Positions 7,531 through 15,681 of a stretch of DNA of 15,681 nt are shown piece by piece (positions within the stretch are counted from its first letter, which is position 1; every line of letters begins with the position of its first letter). Origin of the DNA: Promethearchaeota archaeon (GTDB lineage: Archaea > Asgardarchaeota > Lokiarchaeia > Sigyniarchaeales > SOKP01). The notes beneath the pieces were generated by a model. The model worked only from the letters and a program-made list of their open reading frames with translations, did no database searches and had not been told where the DNA came from. The position numbers and the translations under genes are program-made. The stretch lies in assembly GCA_048940445.1 (NCBI GenBank), contig JBHLON010000054.1, positions 1 through 15,681 on the forward strand. Direction: 5' to 3'.

Positions 7531-9309
7531 TTATTCTCTTAATTCCCTTCTCAATATCTTACCTACGACTGATTTTGGTAACTCGGGTATGATCTCGATT
7601 ATTCGTGGATATTTAAAGGCGCTTATATTTTCTTTACACCATTCCATTAAATCATCTTTAGTTATTTTTCCTTGATATTCAGGTTTCAAAGCGACATAGG
7701 CTTTGATATTTTCACCAGCTTCCGGATCAGGCACTCCAACGACTCCAACCTCAGCTACTGCTTCGTGAAGATACATTAAGTCTTCAACTTCTCTTGGAAA
7801 TACTGAATGGCCCTTGTATTTAATCATATCCCTCTTCCTATCCTTTATATGCAGGTAACCATCTTTATCTATGCAACCAATATCAGTGGTATAATACCAT
7901 GTTCTTCCTTCTGAATCTTTTCTTAACGCATAATCAGTAGCCTCCGGTCGGTTTAAATAACCTAAAAATACTTGAGGTCCACATCCGCATATTTCACCAA
8001 TATATTTAGTCTCATCTGTGCCACAATTATCACAATTCTCATTAGGACATGGTGATAAAATTTTAGTGCCATCTTCTACATCCACAATTTTTATGAGAGT
8101 ATCTGAAACTGGAAATCCTACAGTATTTTCTTTATATTTGTGAAAAGGCGTGGCTGTTAGTAGAGGACTTGTTTCACTCATACCAAAACCTTCAATTATT
8201 AATGCACCCGTTGTCTCTTCAAATTGCTGCTTTACTTCTAAAGGCAAAGGAGCTGCACCACTTAAACAAGCAATTAGAGAGGTCAACTTTCCTTTATATT
8301 TAGGGGTATCTGGATCAAGATTTATTTTTTGCCATAGGGTTGGAACTCCAGGGCCAAAAACTGCGCCCTCTTTCATACAAATCTTCAAAATTTTAGATAG
8401 TTTAGCAGGTGGTTGAGGAAATAATATTAATTTATGCCCCATTTGAACTCCAAAATTCATAGCTATTGATAAAGCGAATTCATGTGCTAATGGTAAAACA
8501 ACAAACATTCCTCCCGAACCAAAAGTTTTTTCTACTTCAGGTAATTGCGTTCTTGCCCAGAGAGCCCCTTGTTGAGCATTAATTACAAAATTTGCGTGTG
8601 ATAATTGACATCCTTTTGGTAATCCTGTAGTTCCCCCTGTGTAAATAAGAGTCGATACATCTTCCTTGGGATTTATCTGAACTTTAGGAACATCAAGAGG
8701 AAGACCATTTGCTAATACATCTTGGAAATTATGAAATGTAACATCTCCAACTTTAGTTGGCCAATTCTTCATCCGGGGCACTTTCCCTAATGCTGTCCCC
8801 AATTTGGCTTTAACTTTTGAAAGATATTCTCCTATTCCTGTTAAAATAATATCCTTTAAGGTAGGCATTTTACTTAGATCGTTATTATACAGATGTTCTT
8901 CATAAAGAACATCCAACATTATCATAAGTTTCCCTTTTGAATCGTTCACTTGGTGAATTATTTCACTAAATCGATTCAAGGGAATTATGGGATTAGCAAT
9001 TGCTCCTATTCTTACAATGGCATAATAAGATATTACAAATTGAGGTAGATTAGGAAGATCGATGAGTACCACATCACCCTTTTTGACACCCATCTTTGAA
9101 AGAGCTGTTGAGAATTGATCAATTAGCGTATCTAATTCTCTATAAGTCATTCTATATCCTTCAAAGTAAATAGCTTGACTTTCAGGGTATTTTTTTGCTG
9201 TGCTTCGCAACATTTCTCCTAAAGAAATGTTCTCATATTCAACATGCCTAGGGGTTTTTGGATAATTTTTATCAATTCCATAAAATTTGAATAAATCTTT
9301 TTCACTCAT
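7531..9309 (-). CDS. Long-chain-fatty-acid--CoA ligase (FadD-like)
   Basis: Motifs YTGGTTGLPKG, SGAAPLP, EGFGMSETSP, DRKRDMIKYKGHSVFPREVE and LPKSVVGKILRR. Confidence 0.95.
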   Translation of the reverse strand: MSEKDLFKFYGIDKNYPKTPRHVEYENISLGEMLRSTAKKYPESQAIYFEGYRMTYRELDTLIDQFSTALSKMGVKKGDVVLIDLPNLPQFVISYYAIVRIGAIANPIIPLNRFSEIIHQVNDSKGKLMIMLDVLYEEHLYNNDLSKMPTLKDIILTGIGEYLSKVKAKLGTALGKVPRMKNWPTKVGDVTFHNFQDVLANGLPLDVPKVQINPKEDVSTLIYTGGTTGLPKGCQLSHANFVINAQQGALWARTQLPEVEKTFGSGGMFVVLPLAHEFALSIAMNFGVQMGHKLILFPQPPAKLSKILKICMKEGAVFGPGVPTLWQKINLDPDTPKYKGKLTSLIACLSGAAPLPLEVKQQFEETTGALIIEGFGMSETSPLLTATPFHKYKENTVGFPVSDTLIKIVDVEDGTKILSPCPNENCDNCGTDETKYIGEICGCGPQVFLGYLNRPEATDYALRKDSEGRTWYYTTDIGCIDKDGYLHIKDRKRDMIKYKGHSVFPREVEDLMYLHEAVAEVGVVGVPDPEAGENIKAYVALKPEYQGKITKDDLMEWCKENISAFKYPRIIEIIPELPKSVVGKILRRELRE

Positions 9310-9422
9310 TTTCTATCAAGATTATTTTTAAAGTAAATATGTAAATATTTTTTTCCTTATTATTTAAAATTTTAATAATTTTAAAGGAAAAATATTGGTT
9401 GTGATTCTGAAATTACTTAAGT

Positions 9423-9854
9423 TTAAGGTTGATAATATTCGGGATCTGGAATAATACTCATCATAACTAGATCATTTCTCATTTCCCAACCTAATTTTTG
9501 ATAAAAAGTAATTACATCATTGTTACGTTTTTCAATGAATAAATGCACTTTATGTACTTTTTTTTCCCGAAATTTTTTCATCAACTCATCAACAAGCATT
9601 TTTCCAAAACCTTTTTTTTGATATTTTGGTTCAATAGCTAAATGATGAACATACCCCCTTCTACCATCGAACCCACCCATTACCACTCCTATAATTTTTT
9701 CGTCGATTTTTCCAATTAAGAATAAATCTGGGTTTAATTGTAACATTCTTTCTACTTCTTCTTTTGAGTCTGATGATGTAATGGTTAGGTCAACTTTCCT
9801 CCAAAGTTTAATAATCTCATCATAATTTTCAATTGCATATTTTTCAATTTTCAT
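9423..9854 (-). CDS. GNAT acetyltransferase, YpeA-like
   Basis: VMGGFDGRRGYVHHLAIEPKYQKKGFG (motif A) and N..VITFYQKLG (motif B). ATG 9854 is preferred over GTG 9863. Confidence 0.9.
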   Translation of the reverse strand: MKIEKYAIENYDEIIKLWRKVDLTITSSDSKEEVERMLQLNPDLFLIGKIDEKIIGVVMGGFDGRRGYVHHLAIEPKYQKKGFGKMLVDELMKKFREKKVHKVHLFIEKRNNDVITFYQKLGWEMRNDLVMMSIIPDPEYYQP

Positions 9855-9892
9855 TAGATACACTTTAAATTATAATTAAAATTATTATAAAA

Positions 9893-12004
9893 TTAGTTAA
9901 AGAAAGAATTCATAGAGAGATTTAACATCTTTTTTCTAATTTCTACCTTTTGTTTAATAATTTCTTTAATCATGTGAGATATCTCTTTTCTTTTATTCAT
10001 ATCTTTTGGAAGAGGTAATAATACTTCCATTATACGATTTCCAATCGTCGCAATAGTCCCTTGTACAAAGGTGATTGCTTGAATTTGTTTTTGAACAATA
10101 TCCAAATTTAGTAAATATAGAACTAAAAATGAGTCGATATGTTCTTTATTTGGGAGAATTTTAATCTGAAATATATGGCTCTGTATAATGATTTTGGTAT
10201 CTAATTCTGTGATATAGGCAGTATTACCGATTAGATTAGGACCACCGTCTTTTACTAAAATTATATCTCCAGTTTCAATATTCTGTCGTTTTCTATAAAG
10301 TTCAAATACTTCCTTGCTAGTTTTTTTATGAGAATCTAGGTTTACTTCCCAATTATTTATATCACTAGTGCGTATAAAAGGAATATCCCCTAATCCATAC
10401 ACACTTGATCCTATTTCATCACCCCTGGGCAGATATCCATTTTTACTAGTAAAAATAATGCCTTTTGCTACTAAATCTCTTACTGAATCTAAAATAATAT
10501 TTTGATTATTTTCGAGATTCTTAAGTGTTTTTTCCACCCCTGAATAATAAGTAGGAATAAAAATATTATTTTTTACTTGACTAAAATTAATCTTAAATAC
10601 TTTTTGCTCTTTAGAATAGTTAAAATCCTCACAAGTGACTAATCTATCATTCAAATCAACCAATTCATCATTTATTATGGGTTTACCTTTGTCATCTAAC
10701 ATCTTGGACCCATCCTTATGTAATTTGTGTAGAGTTTTGCCATCCTTATCATGACCAACATGATCAACAATAGCAAAGTCAATTTTATAATCTAGAGGAA
10801 CAGTTTTTAATTTTTGAAAGAACAAAATACTTGTTTTATTACATGTATAGGGCTGGAATGTGTTCTGATCTAATGAAATTATACCTAATATTTTACCATT
10901 GGAATTTAAATACTCCCAAATATACCTATCTGAAGGATTACCGAATATGCCCTCTGGTAAAATTATACCCAATTTCCCTCCATCTTTAAGTAATTGAACA
11001 CATCTTTCGATAAACAAGATTTGTGGTGGTTGTTGTTTTAGAATTTTGTTTACCATTTCCCATTTGTTTTTAATATTTTTCCAGAGGTGACCAAGTTGAT
11101 AATTGGTTAAAATAGATTTTTCATCAATAGGGATCTTAGATCCAAAAGGAGGGTTGGTTATAATACAATTAAAAAAATCAGGTTTTATATGGTTTCTTGC
11201 TCGGTCTTGGTAATTGTTAAAATCTAAAGAATCTTCACAGAAGATTTTTGATTTTTCTCCACTCAAAATAGCTAAATATAGCTTGCATAATTTGACTAAA
11301 AAGGAATCTTTTTCTATTCCATATAGATTTGTTATAACTTCTAATTTTTTTTGTTCTTTTGTTTCTTTATTTTCCTTAAATTTATTTTCAATTTTTGACC
11401 ATAGTACATCCTTAGTTTCAAGTAAAAAACCTCCATGTCCACAAGCAGGATCTAAGATTCGGTCATTAATATCTGGATTTAAATAATTTACCATAAATTT
11501 GATCACATTTGATGGAGTAAAAAATTGTCCGCCCTCGTCCTTTAATACCTTACTTACGAAGATTTCAAAGGCATCACTTAAAATGTCTCTAGACGAAATT
11601 AAAAGAGAAATCTTTTGTAGTTCCTTAACAACTAAAAATATCAGTTCCTTGCTTAAATTAATTTTTTCATCTTCATCAAATATCTCGTGATATTTTTCCT
11701 TAACATTCTTAATAAAAAAATCTTTTATTCTTGACGATAAAAGATGTGCTTTCTCTCCCTGCCTAATGCAGAACTCAACAGATTCTTCAGGAGTTTTGTT
11801 TTTTTCATCGACAATTTTACACAATAACAAGTTTATGATTTCTTTAGATCTTGATCTTGTATCAGTGTGAGTATGTTTTAGTTTAGCATAAAAATGTTGA
11901 TTTATTTGAGTGAAAATTTGTTTCAAATTTGATACTTTTATCAAATCTTTTTTTTTTAGTGCCTTTGGGCTTTCCCCGACATAATCAGTTATTTTAGTTG
12001 TCAA
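9893..12004 (-). CDS. N6-adenine DNA methyltransferase (type I HsdM-like, gamma class) fused to a C-terminal HsdS-like target-recognition domain
   Basis: Motif X GQFFTP, motif I DPACGHGGF, motif IV NPPF, then LGIILPEG. The C-terminal IPFIRTSDI...GDIILVKDG..IGNTAYI...LLPLP + helix is typical of one HsdS TRD. TTG start. Confidence 0.9.
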   Translation of the reverse strand: MTTKITDYVGESPKALKKKDLIKVSNLKQIFTQINQHFYAKLKHTHTDTRSRSKEIINLLLCKIVDEKNKTPEESVEFCIRQGEKAHLLSSRIKDFFIKNVKEKYHEIFDEDEKINLSKELIFLVVKELQKISLLISSRDILSDAFEIFVSKVLKDEGGQFFTPSNVIKFMVNYLNPDINDRILDPACGHGGFLLETKDVLWSKIENKFKENKETKEQKKLEVITNLYGIEKDSFLVKLCKLYLAILSGEKSKIFCEDSLDFNNYQDRARNHIKPDFFNCIITNPPFGSKIPIDEKSILTNYQLGHLWKNIKNKWEMVNKILKQQPPQILFIERCVQLLKDGGKLGIILPEGIFGNPSDRYIWEYLNSNGKILGIISLDQNTFQPYTCNKTSILFFQKLKTVPLDYKIDFAIVDHVGHDKDGKTLHKLHKDGSKMLDDKGKPIINDELVDLNDRLVTCEDFNYSKEQKVFKINFSQVKNNIFIPTYYSGVEKTLKNLENNQNIILDSVRDLVAKGIIFTSKNGYLPRGDEIGSSVYGLGDIPFIRTSDINNWEVNLDSHKKTSKEVFELYRKRQNIETGDIILVKDGGPNLIGNTAYITELDTKIIIQSHIFQIKILPNKEHIDSFLVLYLLNLDIVQKQIQAITFVQGTIATIGNRIMEVLLPLPKDMNKRKEISHMIKEIIKQKVEIRKKMLNLSMNSFFN

Positions 12005-12103
12005 ACTCTTGAGATATTTATAGAAACCGTTTAATTGTACTATAAAACTTTATTGTTATTCAAATTATTATTCTTTTTTATTAAAAGAAAATTAATTTTA
12101 ATT

Positions 12104-12886
12104 ATGTCATCTGATTTAGATTTTGGACAATATATTGAATTTTCCATTCAAAAAAGGTTTGGAATAATAACACTTAACAGAGTTCATCGATCGAATGCTT
12201 TTACGATTGAACAATTGGAAAATTTGAAAAAAGTTTTAATTCATTGTCAAAAAATTGAGAAAATTAAAGGGGTAATATTTACTGCTAATGGAGATAGCTT
12301 CAGCACTGGAATGGACTTAACTGCAGTAACATCATATAATTATGAGGATATTAAAAAGTTAGAAAAGTTAGCTGCCCAAGTATGTGAGCTGCTATATAAT
12401 GGAAAACCCTCAATTTGTGCTATAAATGGACGAACTCTCGGAGAAGGCGTGGTATTTTTAGTTTGTTGTGATTATCGTTTAGCGGTAAAAGGTAGCTATT
12501 TTCAAATGCCTGAGATTAACTCTGCTATATTTCCCGGTACAGGGTGCATCATATTGTTTTCTAAAATTCTTGGTATCTCTTGGACAAAAAAAATGTTAAT
12601 GTTTTCAGAAAGAATTGCTGCCGAAAAAGCTTTAGAGATAGGATTAATTGACCAGATCGTTATTTCCAAAGAAAAATTAATAGAAGCAGCAATGGAAAAA
12701 GCAACATTTCTCTATTCAAAGAATCAAACTGTTTTGATTGCAATTAAATTATTTAGTAACCATTTACTCGATAAAAATTTTAAGGTTGCCTATGAATTAG
12801 AAAAAGTTGGTTCTGATTGGTATACATTTGAAAAAAAAGATGAGATGATTAATAGTCTTAGAGAAAAATTTAACTGGAAACCATAA
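12104..12886 (+). CDS. Enoyl-CoA hydratase/isomerase (crotonase) family protein
   Basis: Motifs ITLNR...NA, FSTGMDL, KPSICAING, CDYR, FQMPE..FPG and AEKALEIGLID. Likely start is ATG 12104 (MSSDLDF). Confidence 0.92.
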   Translation: MSSDLDFGQYIEFSIQKRFGIITLNRVHRSNAFTIEQLENLKKVLIHCQKIEKIKGVIFTANGDSFSTGMDLTAVTSYNYEDIKKLEKLAAQVCELLYNGKPSICAINGRTLGEGVVFLVCCDYRLAVKGSYFQMPEINSAIFPGTGCIILFSKILGISWTKKMLMFSERIAAEKALEIGLIDQIVISKEKLIEAAMEKATFLYSKNQTVLIAIKLFSNHLLDKNFKVAYELEKVGSDWYTFEKKDEMINSLREKFNWKP

Positions 12887-13075
12887 ATTAATGTTTGTCT
12901 ATTTCCACTTAAATTTTTCAATAGAAAATCCTCAACTAATTTAATAATTAGCAAAATTTTTGCACGATAAGTTAATTTACAAAATCTTTAAATCATGGTT
13001 TATTTTAATTACCTATAACTACCTTTAGATATTTTATTTATCAAAAACAAATCTTTGACTAAAAAAGCTGAAAAT

Positions 13076-13111
13076 CGAAAGAAATTTTAAATACTATGTG
13101 CCTTTAGGTGA
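13076..13111 (+). promoter_or_regulatory. Putative BRE/TATA and ribosome-binding site of alba
   Basis: CGAAAGAAA followed by TTTTAAATA, and AGGTGA 6 nt before the GTG at 13118. Confidence 0.45.
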
Positions 13112-13117
13112 TGGAAA

Positions 13118-13414
13118 GTGGCCAAGAAAAAGAAAGTTGAAGATGATACAGAAAAAGTCTTTATCGGTAAAAAAAAATCAATGAGTTATGTCATGGCAGC
13201 AATGGTAATTCTAAATGATAGACCCGTAAAAATTCTTGCTCGCGGGAGATCAATATCCAGAGCAGTAGATGTGTCTGAAATTCTCATTAACAAATTTATA
13301 CCTGGAAGTACTTATGGAGAAATAAAAATTGATACTGAAACAATAAGCAATGATGATAATACTCAAACAAACGTATCATCTATCGAAATTGAAATTATTC
13401 CACCCAAAAAATAA
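13118..13414 (+). CDS. albA: DNA/RNA-binding protein Alba (Sac10b family)
   Basis: Motifs VFIGKK..MSYV, ARGRSISRAVDVSE, IKIDTE and NVSSIEIEI. Confidence 0.95.
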   Translation: MAKKKKVEDDTEKVFIGKKKSMSYVMAAMVILNDRPVKILARGRSISRAVDVSEILINKFIPGSTYGEIKIDTETISNDDNTQTNVSSIEIEIIPPKK

Positions 13415-13438
13415 ATCAAGTAATAACCAAATAATCAG

Positions 13439-13485
13439 GAGAAAATCAGGAGACTTTCTCGTTTATTTTTTTTATTTTTTATTTT
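13439..13485 (+). terminator. Stem-loop plus long T-tract downstream of alba
   Basis: GAGAAA-a-TC-agga-GA-c-TTTCTC followed by GTTTATTTTTTTTATTTTTTATTTT, between convergent genes. Confidence 0.55.
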
Positions 13486-13496
13486 ATGTTAATATT

Positions 13497-14369
13497 TTAA
13501 AGTGGTTTAAATCTATAGTGATTCATATCAATCACAGGATGATAACCAACTTTTTGATATATGCTATTGGATGTGGTATTACTTAAGTCTGTAAATAAAA
13601 AGCAATATTTATTTCCCTCTTCTAAAAGCATTTGACTTATATGAGCCACTACTTCAGTTGCATATCCCCTTTTTCTTAAATGTGGCGGAGTATATACGAA
13701 GTTAATGAAATTTCCATTTGGAGTTTTTCCTGCTTTTCTTACCAATGATAAAGGAGTATCATTATCATCTAGAAGTAAATAAATATTACTTGTTCCTTCA
13801 TCAAGCTCTTGTCGAAATGATTTTATAGTTTCATCTAATTGTTCCTGATTGATTTCAGCTAAAACTTCCACCATCATATATCTTGCACATTTTAAAACAA
13901 AATTTTCATACTTTTTTGTAGCTTTGATAAACTTTTTAATTCCAAGTGTGTTTTCTGCTACTATTTCTAATTTATAAACGCGCTCATTTCTTAGTAAAGC
14001 TGCTTTCAGTTTTTTCTTTTCAGCCCAAATCTTAGAAAATTTATCTGCTGCATTTTTAAAGCTCAATATACCAGGTAGAACAACATCTCGTCGCAATAAT
14101 TCTTCAATAAGGACGTCAATAGTACTTAAATCATCAGTATATGAAATTAATAGATCATGAGGAGGTGTCCTAATTGAAATTAATTTTATTGAATTATATT
14201 CATTTATTAGGAGCAATAAAGGAGCTGCTTGGTCATATCTATCGATATTTTTTTTGAGCCTATTTAAAATAGCTAAGATTAAGTTATTCTCAGCTTCTCT
14301 TTGCACTAAAAATGGAAAGACTAAATCATAAAATTCTTTAATATCTGTAAAAACCTTAGCTTCCATCAT
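13497..14369 (-). CDS. GNAT acetyltransferase (two-domain, C-terminal FR47-like GNAT)
   Basis: INFVYTPPHLRKRGYAT and LFTDLSNTTSNSIYQKVGY, with an N-terminal REAENNL motif. Confidence 0.92.
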   Translation of the reverse strand: MMEAKVFTDIKEFYDLVFPFLVQREAENNLILAILNRLKKNIDRYDQAAPLLLLINEYNSIKLISIRTPPHDLLISYTDDLSTIDVLIEELLRRDVVLPGILSFKNAADKFSKIWAEKKKLKAALLRNERVYKLEIVAENTLGIKKFIKATKKYENFVLKCARYMMVEVLAEINQEQLDETIKSFRQELDEGTSNIYLLLDDNDTPLSLVRKAGKTPNGNFINFVYTPPHLRKRGYATEVVAHISQMLLEEGNKYCFLFTDLSNTTSNSIYQKVGYHPVIDMNHYRFKPL

Positions 14370-14425
14370 TTTAAATGGGGTTACTTTCTTAATAATTTTA
14401 TTTTGCTCTTAAGTAATTTCTTGAT

Positions 14426-14725
14426 TTAAATTGCTGCTTTTATTTTTTCCAATTGATTCTGAATAGCTTCTATTTGTTCTTTCCTACTTGACCCATTATT
14501 TATATCAAGTACCAACTTAAGGAAATCTTGGATAAGTGGGTGTTCTAATACAGTACAAGTTTGATTTAGAGTATTTACATTTAAAATGATCGCTGATTTA
14601 AGGTTCTCTCCGATTCCTAATACATCCGTACATATTAGTTCATGGTGGTCATTATAGGATAAGATAACAATATCCTCTAATATTTGAGACCCATCATTCT
14701 TCTTGATTATTTTAAACTCGCACAT
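14426..14725 (-). CDS. CooT-family nickel-binding-like protein with C-terminal helical extension
   Basis: Start MCEFK (ATG 14725, Cys2). The ILEDIV...TDVLG...I..VN pattern matches the CooT family. Confidence 0.7.
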   Translation of the reverse strand: MCEFKIIKKNDGSQILEDIVILSYNDHHELICTDVLGIGENLKSAIILNVNTLNQTCTVLEHPLIQDFLKLVLDINNGSSRKEQIEAIQNQLEKIKAAI

Positions 14726-14848
14726 CTTGGTATCTTTCTCTTTTAAATTTGATTTAAGAATAATACTTTTATATCTCACAATCATTCTATTCTTAGAAAT
14801 CTAATATATGTAAAATGATGCATAACTAAATAGGTTTATGTAATTAAA

Positions 14849-15681
14849 ATGAATAAGGAAGAAATTTGTTTTTTGTCTGCTTGTGAGTTATCAGAAAAAA
14901 TAACTTCTCTAGAATTAACATCAGAAGAATTAACTGAAATAATTATTGAGCGGATTGAAAAGCTTAATCCTATCATAAATGCATTTTGTACTCCTACCTT
15001 TGAATTAGCTCGAGAATTTGCAAAAAAAGCAGATAATGAGATAAAGAAGGGAGAAAGAAAGGGATTATTACATGGAATTCCTGTTTCAATTAAGGATGAA
15101 ACTGACACGAAAGGTATCCGGACTACTTATGGATGTAAAATTTTTGAAAAGAATGTGCCCCGTGATGATGAAGCAGCTGTTCGTAGAGTAAGAGACGCTG
15201 GTGCGGTTATCCTAGGTAAAACCAACACTCCAGCTTTTGGATATAAAGGAGAAACCGATAATCTGATATTTGGAATTACAAGAAATCCTTGGGATTTAGA
15301 AAGAACACCCGGAGGATCAAGTGGTGGACCAGCTGCTGCTGTAATTTCCGGATTGGGGCCAATCAGCTTGGGTTCGGATGGTGGCGGCTCAATTCGGATT
15401 CCCAGCAGTTTTTGTGGGTTATTCGGAATTAAGCCAACCTTTGGGCGTGTTCCACAAAATGTTATGCAAATAATGGGAAGTATTGGAACTCTAGTTCAAA
15501 AAGGTCCTTTAGTAAGATGTGTAAAAGATGCAGCACTTATGCTAGACATAATAGCTGGCATTGATGACTCCGATAGGTACTCTGTGCTGAAACCAAATTA
15601 TAGCTATCTTGAAAAACTAGAGGAAGCTCCAAAATCCTTGAAAATCGGATATTCATTAGATATAGGTACTACTGGAGCATT
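14849..15681 (+). CDS. Amidase signature family protein (partial, runs off the window end)
   Basis: Manual translation: MNKEEICFLSACEL...LHGIPVSIKD...LGKTNTP...TRNPWDLERTPGGSSGG...LGSDGGGSIRIPSSFCGLFGIKPTFGRVP. The Lys-cisSer-Ser triad motifs are intact. Confidence 0.95.
   Translation, partial: MNKEEICFLSACELSEKITSLELTSEELTEIIIERIEKLNPIINAFCTPTFELAREFAKKADNEIKKGERKGLLHGIPVSIKDETDTKGIRTTYGCKIFEKNVPRDDEAAVRRVRDAGAVILGKTNTPAFGYKGETDNLIFGITRNPWDLERTPGGSSGGPAAAVISGLGPISLGSDGGGSIRIPSSFCGLFGIKPTFGRVPQNVMQIMGSIGTLVQKGPLVRCVKDAALMLDIIAGIDDSDRYSVLKPNYSYLEKLEEAPKSLKIGYSLDIGTTGA

Noticed and set aside
8150-8416. 88-aa + strand ORF
   Set aside because: Antisense within the well-supported acyl-CoA ligase.
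11214-11690. Two short + strand ORFs (11214-11486 and 11499-11690)
   Set aside because: Antisense shadows of the methyltransferase.
13350-13586. 78-aa + strand ORF
   Set aside because: Overlaps alba out of frame, the T-rich terminator and the GNAT 3' end.
14408-14420. 13-bp match CTTAAGTAATTTC to the reverse strand near 9409-9421
   Set aside because: Short and AT-rich, so plausible by chance.
14836-15108. 90-aa minus-strand ORF
   Set aside because: Antisense to the amidase, which the track missed because it has no stop within the window.
14849-15681. gatA assignment for the amidase
   Set aside because: It has GSDGGGSIR rather than the GatA-typical GSDTGGSIR, and there is no gatC upstream. 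A general amidase is the better call.

Overview
AT-rich archaeal window, most likely from an Asgard archaeon (Lokiarchaeota/Promethearchaeota-like). This is inferred from the Alba gene, the PGF/Loki-CTERM-type sorting tail, GGTG(A) ribosome-binding sites and multiple acyl-CoA ligases. It encodes a beta-helix surface glycoprotein, a flavodoxin, a membrane protein, two AMP-dependent acyl-CoA ligases, a nitronate monooxygenase/FabK-family flavoprotein, two GNATs, an orphan N6-adenine methyltransferase fused to a single specificity domain, an enoyl-CoA hydratase-family protein, Alba, a CooT-like protein and a truncated amidase missed by the ORF track. The most striking unexplained structure is a 40-bp dyad-containing direct repeat occurring three times (2815-2854, 3472-3511, 4305-4344). 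Exactly one minus-strand gene lies between consecutive copies, and each gene stops 49-50 bp from the next copy. A disrupted small membrane-protein gene lies just outside the first copy. The layout resembles a gene-cassette array, but the sites are neither integron attC sites nor CRISPR repeats.
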